DNA of 49,824 nt from a virus (lineage: Duplodnaviria; Caudoviricetes), in the IMG/VR virus record IMGVR_UViG_3300037484_000772, positions 1 to 49,824 of that record. The stretch is one strand, 5' to 3'. Each line of letters begins with the position of its first letter. Position 1 is the first letter of the stretch. The notes below the pieces were generated by a model, which worked only from the letters and a program-made list of their open reading frames with translations, was not told the origin of the DNA and made no database searches. This document shows positions 9,782 through 16,877 of the stretch, one piece after another. A program made the position numbers and the translations under genes.

Positions 9782-10636
9782 CTACGCCGCCCGCTCGTAC
9801 AGGAAGACCAGGATGTCGCCGTCCTGCGCGGTGGCCGTGAAGGTCACGACCTTCGTGCTCGGCGTCACGGTCAGCAGGCTGGCGGAATAACTCGCCCCGT
9901 TTTTGTACGCGATCAGGCCGCTGTTGGCCGTCACGGTGGTCATGGCGGGTGTATAGGCCAGCGTGATCTGCGCCGTCGCCGCCGCGACCTTGATGGTGTC
10001 CAGCGACACTTTGTTCTCGCTGTTCCATTCGACGATCACGGCTCCGGTTGTGCCTTCGGCGGAAGCGCTCAGGGCTTCACCCCAGGGGTAGGTATCGATG
10101 GTGCGCACCACCACATGAAAGCGAAAAACGTTCTCACCGCGCTGGTTGACACCCTGTGGCCCCACGTACCCCAGTTTACACTTGGGGATCAGCAGGTTGT
10201 ACCACAGCGAGTCGCCGTCCGAGCCGGACTCTTTCGACTGCGCTTCGGTGGAGAGCAGCAGCATGGCGTCCTTAAACACCACGTCGCTGCCCTGCATGGG
10301 GTGCAGCGTCCACTTGTCCAGGTCGCGCGCCTTCACCCCCTCGACGGCAGCCGCCAGGTCGAGGTCTGACACCGCCACGTCGATGTCGAATTCCGGCAGA
10401 TCGCCCGGCTTCCAGAGGAAGGTTCCCATCGGGCGGTTGTTGCCCATGATGGTCGTCTTCTCGTAGCTGGGAATCTGCACGTTGGCCGTCTGGACGCCCA
10501 GGATCGCGTACAGCCCGGCGGACGAGCCTTGAGTCAGCGTGCCCGCCAGTCCCATCGGGTAGTTGCCGTTGAGCAAGGCGATCTGCGCTTCCTCGAAGCC
10601 CGCGCTGATAATCTTGGCGATATTGTTCAGTGCCAT
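9782..10636 (-). CDS. Major tail (tube) protein
   Basis: 284 aa beta-rich protein with AAGGAG RBS, upstream of the frameshifted chaperone; possible C-terminal Ig-like extension. Confidence 0.75.
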   Translation of the reverse strand: MALNNIAKIISAGFEEAQIALLNGNYPMGLAGTLTQGSSAGLYAILGVQTANVQIPSYEKTTIMGNNRPMGTFLWKPGDLPEFDIDVAVSDLDLAAAVEGVKARDLDKWTLHPMQGSDVVFKDAMLLLSTEAQSKESGSDGDSLWYNLLIPKCKLGYVGPQGVNQRGENVFRFHVVVRTIDTYPWGEALSASAEGTTGAVIVEWNSENKVSLDTIKVAAATAQITLAYTPAMTTVTANSGLIAYKNGASYSASLLTVTPSTKVVTFTATAQDGDILVFLYERAA

Positions 10637-10651
10637 TGCAACACTCCTTGA

Positions 10652-11155
10652 CTAAATCACGCCGACGTTGATCGGCACGGTTAACGAAAACTCGACGTAC
10701 ACGGCCTGAGTGTTGTTCTCGCTGGCGATAAAATTCAGCCGGCCGGCGCGAATTTGAATCCCGCTGGGACTCATCCAGCGCGGCGGTTTATGCAGCGCCG
10801 TGTCCGCTGCCTCCGGGTCGGCCAGCCGGGGGCGCGCCACGAACCAGGCTACCACGTCCGCGAGCATGAGCTGCGCGTCGATCTGAAACTGCGCGTCGTA
10901 AAAATTCGCCACCCGGCCCAGTTCCAGTGTCATGTTGACGGCCAGGCTAAAACCGACGGCGCGCAGATCGCCCGCCGATCCCGACGGCGCGAGACCCTCC
11001 AGGCTGTTGGTAAAGTACGGCCAGCTATCCTGGGCGTGATACGGGTACGGCACGGCGTTTTTGATGTCCGGCAGCACCAGCTTTTGCAGCGCGGCCAGGC
11101 GCTCTAAAAAGCCCTTGACGGCGGTTCCGAGATCGCTTTGCGGCGTATAGGCCAT
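10652..11155 (-). CDS. Tail completion/terminator protein
   Basis: Start moved to MAYTPQ (ATG 11155); synteny immediately before the tube gene. Confidence 0.55.
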   Translation of the reverse strand: MAYTPQSDLGTAVKGFLERLAALQKLVLPDIKNAVPYPYHAQDSWPYFTNSLEGLAPSGSAGDLRAVGFSLAVNMTLELGRVANFYDAQFQIDAQLMLADVVAWFVARPRLADPEAADTALHKPPRWMSPSGIQIRAGRLNFIASENNTQAVYVEFSLTVPINVGVI

Positions 11156-11156
11156 G

Positions 11157-12032
11157 TCACACCCCCATAAAAGGCGTATCGAACAGCGCGCGGAAGGCTG
11201 CGGCACTATTCGCCACATCGTCGGGCAGGTCGGACGGAAATTCGAGCGCCGTCATGCCCTGCAGCGAGAGTTTGTCGAACGCGCCCCGCCGATCCAGCAT
11301 CAACGCGACCCAGCGCGTGATGGCGCGCACGGCAGCGGGATCGGCTTCCCAAACTGCAATGGCCGTACCCTGCACGTGCGCTGCCGCCGTGCTGCCGTTG
11401 ATACCGCGCTTGACCGTCAGGACGTTCGTGGTGGTATTGACGGCCAGCACTTCGAGCCATTCGCTCTCGACCTTCACCACCTGGCCGGGTGAGAAGCGCG
11501 GCGTCTCGCCGTAGGCGTCCACGCCGTCGGCATCCGTCACCGTCAGGCTGGTCGCGCTGCTGGACAGCGGATTATCCTGCACCGTGTCGCCGCTGGTCAG
11601 CCAGGCATTGGCATAATCGGCGTGATAGCCCCACGTGCCCGTGATCGTCGCGTTTGGCGTGGTGAGACTGTCGGCGGCCCACAGGGTGCTGATCAACTGC
11701 GCCGCCGCGTAGGGCGTGGTCGGGCGCGTCGGGTCCAGGACCACCATCCGATAATCGCTGCTCGTGAGTGCCGTCACACCGTTGGCGACGGCGCTGGCGG
11801 CCAGCAGCGGCCCCGGCAGCAGCAGCCGGTACCCATTGTGCAGCACGCGGTCATCGCGGTAGGCGTCGTAGATGTCGAGCGTGCGGACGGCGGGCACGAA
11901 GTCAAACCCCACCCGATCCACAAAACGCCGCTCGGCGGCGCGCAGCGCCTGCACCAGGTAGGCGTTGTTGGACGTGTCGGATGAGAGGGTCGGCTTCAGT
12001 TCGCGCCGCGCGTCCTTGATCGACGTAATCAC
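11157..12032 (-). CDS. Head-tail adaptor (HK97 gp6/SPP1 gp15-like) with a beta-rich insertion
   Basis: N-terminal helix (AAERRFVDRVG), ITGTWGY, VKRGINGSTAAAH, PAAVRAITRWVA. Confidence 0.65.
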   Translation of the reverse strand: MITSIKDARRELKPTLSSDTSNNAYLVQALRAAERRFVDRVGFDFVPAVRTLDIYDAYRDDRVLHNGYRLLLPGPLLAASAVANGVTALTSSDYRMVVLDPTRPTTPYAAAQLISTLWAADSLTTPNATITGTWGYHADYANAWLTSGDTVQDNPLSSSATSLTVTDADGVDAYGETPRFSPGQVVKVESEWLEVLAVNTTTNVLTVKRGINGSTAAAHVQGTAIAVWEADPAAVRAITRWVALMLDRRGAFDKLSLQGMTALEFPSDLPDDVANSAAAFRALFDTPFMGV

Positions 12033-12412
12033 GCCTCGTCCTCGTCTCCCTTGCGCCGCTTACGCCGGGGTTCCTTGTCCGGCGGGGCCGCGCTTTCGGC
12101 GACATCGCCGTCTGACTCACTAGAGTCTTCCGGCGACTCGGCGGCGGGTACGATAGGCGCGGATGTGACCGCCAATGCCGCGTACCACGCGCGCGCGGCG
12201 GCGAAGACGGCTTCGTATTCGGCCTCGGACATCTGGCGAGCTTCGCGCGGCAGCAAGCGGGCGAACAATCGCCCCCCAGTGTCGGGCACCGCTTCGAGCA
12301 CGCCGCCGGGCGTGGTACGCTTGCCCGAACGCGCCGAGACCATGCTGTCCCAGGTCATCTGGCCGCCCGTCTCAATGACGACAAATCCTTTGGTGTTAAA
12401 TTGCACACCCAT
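12029..12412 (-). CDS. Hypothetical virion-morphogenesis protein
   Basis: Coupled ORF in the head operon, with an acidic linker and basic tail. Confidence 0.55.
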   Translation of the reverse strand: MGVQFNTKGFVVIETGGQMTWDSMVSARSGKRTTPGGVLEAVPDTGGRLFARLLPREARQMSEAEYEAVFAAARAWYAALAVTSAPIVPAAESPEDSSESDGDVAESAAPPDKEPRRKRRKGDEDEA

Positions 12413-12417
12413 GCGGA

Positions 12418-12846
12418 TTACTCCTTGATCATAAACGTCACGGTCACCGCGCCCGGCTCGACTGGATCGCCGCCCACGTCGATAAACACGGGCTTGATAA
12501 AAAACCGCGAACAGATACTCAGGTCGATGGAACGCGACACGCCCAGGCTGCTCTGCATACCCGTGACGGCGATGTCGTCACCCGCCTCGTCCTGGGCATA
12601 ACTGCCATACGTGCCGTCGACGGTGGGTGCGTCCTTAAACTTCAGCGTGATCGCCGCCGCGTCAATAGCTGCCGGAAACATGACAACGATCATACCCGCG
12701 TCAGACAGGTCAATCGCCGCGACCGCTTCGGCATTCAGCGCACGACCCACCGGATCAAGCTGTTTAAACGTATAGCTGGACGGCTCAGTATCATCGGCGT
12801 CCCAGGTGGCCGTGACGATCCAGCGCTGCCGGGCTGTATTGGGCAT
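12418..12846 (-). CDS. Hypothetical structural protein
   Basis: GGAGG RBS; beta-rich; head operon. Confidence 0.55.
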   Translation of the reverse strand: MPNTARQRWIVTATWDADDTEPSSYTFKQLDPVGRALNAEAVAAIDLSDAGMIVVMFPAAIDAAAITLKFKDAPTVDGTYGSYAQDEAGDDIAVTGMQSSLGVSRSIDLSICSRFFIKPVFIDVGGDPVEPGAVTVTFMIKE

Positions 12847-12904
12847 GGTATTGCCCTCCCTTTAAGGTCAAAGAGGAGAGGGAGTGACCCTCCCCGTTTG
12901 GTTC

Positions 12905-13513
12905 CTACGGTACGATATACAGGGCCGTGATGGTCATGGCCCCGGCGTTGGCATTAGCGTTCTGCCCGGTAAAGACACCCTTCACCGCCGTTGCCGCACC
13001 CAGGGCGGCTTCGTCGGCGCTGGCTTTCAGGACAATCCCTGCCGAACTGCCATCGATGTCGGCCACGAAGCGCTCCGGGGTCCCATCCACCCCGATGTCG
13101 ATCAGGTCCGTGCCGCTGTCGTTAAAAACCGTCGTCACGTTGACGATGAAGGCTAGGATGATCGCCCCGATCGGCAGCGTGAACAGCGTCTTGGCTGTCG
13201 TATCGGTGTAGGCCAGCGTCGCGCGCTGCGCCCGCAGCGGGAAGGCCGCCAGCGCCATATAGGTCGCGGCGGCATCCGTTTGGGTCTGGATGTCGGCATA
13301 GCCGGTCGCTTCGGTTTTCGCCACATAATCAGTGGCAGCAGCCGTTTGCGTCTGGATGTCGTCGTAACCGGTGGCATCCGCTTTGGCGACGTAAGTGATC
13401 GCCGCGTCGGTTTCGGTCTGGATGTCGTCAAACCCCGGCGCTTCAGCGCGCGTCAGGGCGTCGGCAGACCCCAGCCCGACGTTGGAAGGTGCACGAACCG
13501 TGTTAAGTGCCAT
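12905..13513 (-). CDS. Capsid decoration/head-fibre-like protein with three 22-aa repeats
   Basis: AGGAGG RBS; repeats AEAPGFDDIQTETDAAITYVAK / ADATGYDDIQTQTAAATDYVAK / TEATGYADIQTQTDAAATYMAL; C-terminal LPIGA..VNVTTVFNDSG..IDIG domain. Confidence 0.6.
   Translation of the reverse strand: MALNTVRAPSNVGLGSADALTRAEAPGFDDIQTETDAAITYVAKADATGYDDIQTQTAAATDYVAKTEATGYADIQTQTDAAATYMALAAFPLRAQRATLAYTDTTAKTLFTLPIGAIILAFIVNVTTVFNDSGTDLIDIGVDGTPERFVADIDGSSAGIVLKASADEAALGAATAVKGVFTGQNANANAGAMTITALYIVP
13250..13447. repeat. Three degenerate 66-bp in-frame tandem repeats
   Basis: Seen in the translation and in recurring gtctggatgtcg units. Confidence 0.8.
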
Positions 13514-13539
13514 GTGATTCCTCCTGGCTCAGGCCGGGT

Positions 13540-13965
13540 TTACCAGCCGCTCGAATATTTCGGCAGGCCGACAAGGTAGGCCGCGCACAGGAAATCCGGG
13601 GTGGTCCCCGTGATCGCCATCAGGCCGCGCACTTCGGCTTTCAGCAGCTCACGCTTGAGCGCGAGCACCTGGGTCGCGTCGGCGTCGGTCACGTCGTCAA
13701 ACGTGGCTGCCGCGCCCGTCGCCGGGTCGTACAACGCGGCGGCGGGAATGGCCGCCCAGGAATCGGCGCTGTCGGCGCGGTGTTGGATGTCCAGGCTCAG
13801 GGTCGGCGTGCTGGTTCCGGTCCCGGCCTCGGCATCGAACAGCACCAGCAGGTTGCCGTCCAGGTCTTTGATGTCCACGCCCGCCCCGGCCGCCACCGTT
13901 TCGTCGCGCGAATCGATGGGGTACAGCGCGCTGATTTCCGCGAGTCCTGCAAGTTGATCGGTCAT
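13540..13965 (-). CDS. Capsid decoration/cement protein
   Basis: Directly after the capsid gene; jelly-roll-like pattern GVDIKD...PTLSLDIQH...WAAIP. Confidence 0.55.
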   Translation of the reverse strand: MTDQLAGLAEISALYPIDSRDETVAAGAGVDIKDLDGNLLVLFDAEAGTGTSTPTLSLDIQHRADSADSWAAIPAAALYDPATGAAATFDDVTDADATQVLALKRELLKAEVRGLMAITGTTPDFLCAAYLVGLPKYSSGW

Positions 13966-14032
13966 CGAATGTTCTCCTCGATCTAAGCCGCCGGTTTAGC
14001 CCGGCGGCCTCATGGGTCCTGTCTGAAACGAA

Positions 14033-16327
14033 TTAGGCCAGCACGCCCGTGTGGACGTGGAAGGCTTCGGGATACATGGCGACGGTATCCACGTAGGCGA
14101 TCCCCATCACAAACGTCTGGTTCTTCTCGATGTAGCGCTCCTGGCTGACCAGCAGCTCGACGTCCTGCCCGATGCCGACGGCCAGTTCCGACCAGTCGCC
14201 GAAGAAGAGGTTACTCTCGTTCGAGCCGCCGCCCAGGTTTTTGGGCACGCCCGTGGTTTTCCAGTAAGGGTAATCGAGCAGCGTGCGCTCGCGCACCCCT
14301 TCGGCCCAGGAGTTCCGCAGGATCGGGTCGCCGTTTTGATTCGCCATGTTCTCGAACATGCGGAAGGTGCGCGGGTGGCTGATCCAGCCCCACGTGTCGG
14401 TTTCCTCCACGTCGGCGTCTTCGAGTGCAGCGGGGGCCACCGCCAGCGTGTCGATGTTGGGCGTCGCGCCCACGTTCGTCACCGTGACACCCGTGGTGTA
14501 GCGGATGCCGAGCGGCTGCTGCCCGGTGCTCACCCCGTCGTTGGGGACAGAGCCATCGCCAAAGAGCGCGCTGTACTCGATTTTCCGGCGCATGGCCTTG
14601 ACGATCTCGTCGCGGATCATGTTTTCCGCGCCCGCCGCCAGGTTGCGCAGCCAGCGATTCGGCCAGGTGGTCGGCGCGCGCAGCTCGTGCAGCGTCAGCG
14701 TCGCAACCGCCCAATCCGCGTCGTCGCCCGTGACTTCGGTGTTTTCCGCCGCCCAGTACGCGCCGGGCACGCCCACCATCTTACGAATGGTGGTCTGGTC
14801 AATGCCGTCCATCGGCCACTGGAACGCGCCTGCCCCGAACAGCACCAGGCGGGCGGTCAGCGGCGCGAGAATGTCCTGCGCGATTTCCCGGTTCAGCACC
14901 CATGCCCCACGGGGACCATCGCCGCTGTCGGCGGCTCTCGCGGCGCGATCCAGTTGGAACAGCCGCGCGCGAATCTGGGGCAGCGTCGCGGTGGATCGGA
15001 AACCGGGCGGGCGCAAACCCAGCGCGGCCATCACCGCCGACCCGACACCGGGCCGGGCCGTCCCCCGGTTGAGGTTGGGGGTATGCAGGGAGCGCGAGCG
15101 GCGCGGTGTCGCGCGGTAACCCGCACGCCCGGCCTCGTCGCCATCATCCTCATCCTCGTCCTCGTCACGCACCCGGTAGGGCACGGAACGGCGCGCGGGC
15201 GTCTGATCGGCTACCATCTCGAAACGGCGGTTGGCACGGCCCAGCGCCGCGTAGTCGAGGGCCGGCTCTTCGAGCAGGCTCATCATCGCCGACAGGCGTT
15301 CTACCACGTCGCCGTCGTCGCCCAGGGCCAGGGCCGCGCGCAGTTCGGGCACATTCACCGCCTGCGCCGCCTCGCCCTCGGTATCTTGCAGTTGGGTAAT
15401 CAACTGCGCCAGGGCGTCACGCACCGCTTCCGGTGTGGCCTCGACGCCCAGGAATTCCGCTAAGGCCGCCATCATTTCAGGGTCCATCGTTCTTCCCTCC
15501 ATAGGAGTAAGCTTCGTTTGAAAACCGTCTGTCCCGTGCGCCTCCCGCGCCTGTGGGTCATCGGGCCGAATATGATCCGCCGCGACCGTCGGGTCCAGCG
15601 GCGGGGAATAAACAGATTTGCAGGCCGTCAGGGTGTACACGGTCTCGCCGTCGGCGATACGCTTCACAGGCGCGGCGAGCACCTCCTGAATGACGGCTTC
15701 CATCCCAGCCAGCGTGACCGGGCCCAGCCCTGGCTCGGCGGGGTGTTTGGTCAGACTCCACCCGGCCAGCGGCCAGGCGCGCAGCTCGCCGTTGGCCTGG
15801 TTAACGCCCTGCGCGACGTAATGCGCGATGCTGTCGCTGCTGTAGGCCAGCGCGCCGCGCTTGATTTCCTGGCGCGTGCGCGCGAACAGGGCGTGGTCCT
15901 GAAATAAGGTGTGCTCGGACCACACGCCGAAGCCGTAAATCTCCACCTTGTGCCGCTTGCCGATGGGCGCGACGCCATAATCAATGTCGTAGCCATGCTC
16001 GTACCACAGCGGCGCATCCTGGTAAAACTCCGCCAGCAGCGCCGTTAGGGTGGAAAAGTGCGTGTCGAAGAGATCGGGATCGTCGGGTCCGGTGAACTTC
16101 ATGCCCCAGCCGCGCACGATCACCTGGCCGTCCTGCTCATAAAGGCCCATCGCGCGCCCGGCATAGCGACCCTTACGCACCGCGCCCCAGGCGGCCAGGA
16201 GCGATTTCTCGTGGTCGCCCGTTTGAGCGAACACGGCGTTAAAGACGGCCAGCCATTGGTGCTGCTCGTCTTCGGCCAGGTGGTCCCGTACCTGCGGCGG
16301 GAGGTCGGCGAGCGTGTTATAAAACAT
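14033..16327 (-). CDS. Single ORF: ChaB domain + prohead protease + scaffold + HK97-fold major capsid protein
   Basis: Start moved to MFYNTLADLPP (ChaB-like DLPPQVRDHL...WLAVFN...AWGAVRK). Protease-like region (WYEHG, YSSDS, WPLAGWSLTKHPAEP). HK97 motifs AYWAAE, GDG...QPLGI, FFGDWS. Internal GGAGG RBS with ATG at 15487. Confidence 0.85.
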   Translation of the reverse strand: MFYNTLADLPPQVRDHLAEDEQHQWLAVFNAVFAQTGDHEKSLLAAWGAVRKGRYAGRAMGLYEQDGQVIVRGWGMKFTGPDDPDLFDTHFSTLTALLAEFYQDAPLWYEHGYDIDYGVAPIGKRHKVEIYGFGVWSEHTLFQDHALFARTRQEIKRGALAYSSDSIAHYVAQGVNQANGELRAWPLAGWSLTKHPAEPGLGPVTLAGMEAVIQEVLAAPVKRIADGETVYTLTACKSVYSPPLDPTVAADHIRPDDPQAREAHGTDGFQTKLTPMEGRTMDPEMMAALAEFLGVEATPEAVRDALAQLITQLQDTEGEAAQAVNVPELRAALALGDDGDVVERLSAMMSLLEEPALDYAALGRANRRFEMVADQTPARRSVPYRVRDEDEDEDDGDEAGRAGYRATPRRSRSLHTPNLNRGTARPGVGSAVMAALGLRPPGFRSTATLPQIRARLFQLDRAARAADSGDGPRGAWVLNREIAQDILAPLTARLVLFGAGAFQWPMDGIDQTTIRKMVGVPGAYWAAENTEVTGDDADWAVATLTLHELRAPTTWPNRWLRNLAAGAENMIRDEIVKAMRRKIEYSALFGDGSVPNDGVSTGQQPLGIRYTTGVTVTNVGATPNIDTLAVAPAALEDADVEETDTWGWISHPRTFRMFENMANQNGDPILRNSWAEGVRERTLLDYPYWKTTGVPKNLGGGSNESNLFFGDWSELAVGIGQDVELLVSQERYIEKNQTFVMGIAYVDTVAMYPEAFHVHTGVLA

Positions 16328-16877
16328 TTCCTTGTCCTCCCTGCGCGATGAGATCGCCCACGCGCTGGACGGCCAGCAGCAGCCGGTCATCCAGTTCGAG
16401 CGACAGCGCCGTCAACTGGCCGATCCAGTACGGCCAGCCCGTGATGTGGTGGTACTCCTGCTGCCAGATACCCCACACGAACATGGCGATCCGGCTGTCG
16501 TGAGTGATGCGAATACCGCCGAAGCCGCCCGTGTAATCGCCGATGACGTGCCAGCCGCGCACTAACTTATGTTGGCGCGTGTACGGGATACCGCCTCCAA
16601 ACCCGTTGGTGGCGAAGAAGGCCGCTTTCTGGCGCGAGTAGTAGCCCCAGCGCGTATTCGGCTTTTTGTTCGCATCCTCCGCGTGTTTGGAGGGCGTCCA
16701 GCGGATCGGGTAAACGGGCGGCCCCGGCTCAGTCCGCAGGTGTTTATCGACCCAATGGCGCGCCAACGGCACGATGTCTTTGCGAACAGCCTGGTCGACC
16801 AGCGCCGGGGCCTGGCGGTACATGGCCTGGATACGATCCAGGTGGGAGGTGTCAAAGGCGATTTGGGCTTCGATCAC
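16317..16877 (-). CDS. Virion morphogenesis protein (HK97 gp10-like)
   Basis: Start moved to GTG 16877 (GTGA overlap, GGAGG RBS); IPYTRQHKLVRGW motif. Confidence 0.5.
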   Translation of the reverse strand: MIEAQIAFDTSHLDRIQAMYRQAPALVDQAVRKDIVPLARHWVDKHLRTEPGPPVYPIRWTPSKHAEDANKKPNTRWGYYSRQKAAFFATNGFGGGIPYTRQHKLVRGWHVIGDYTGGFGGIRITHDSRIAMFVWGIWQQEYHHITGWPYWIGQLTALSLELDDRLLLAVQRVGDLIAQGGQGNVL

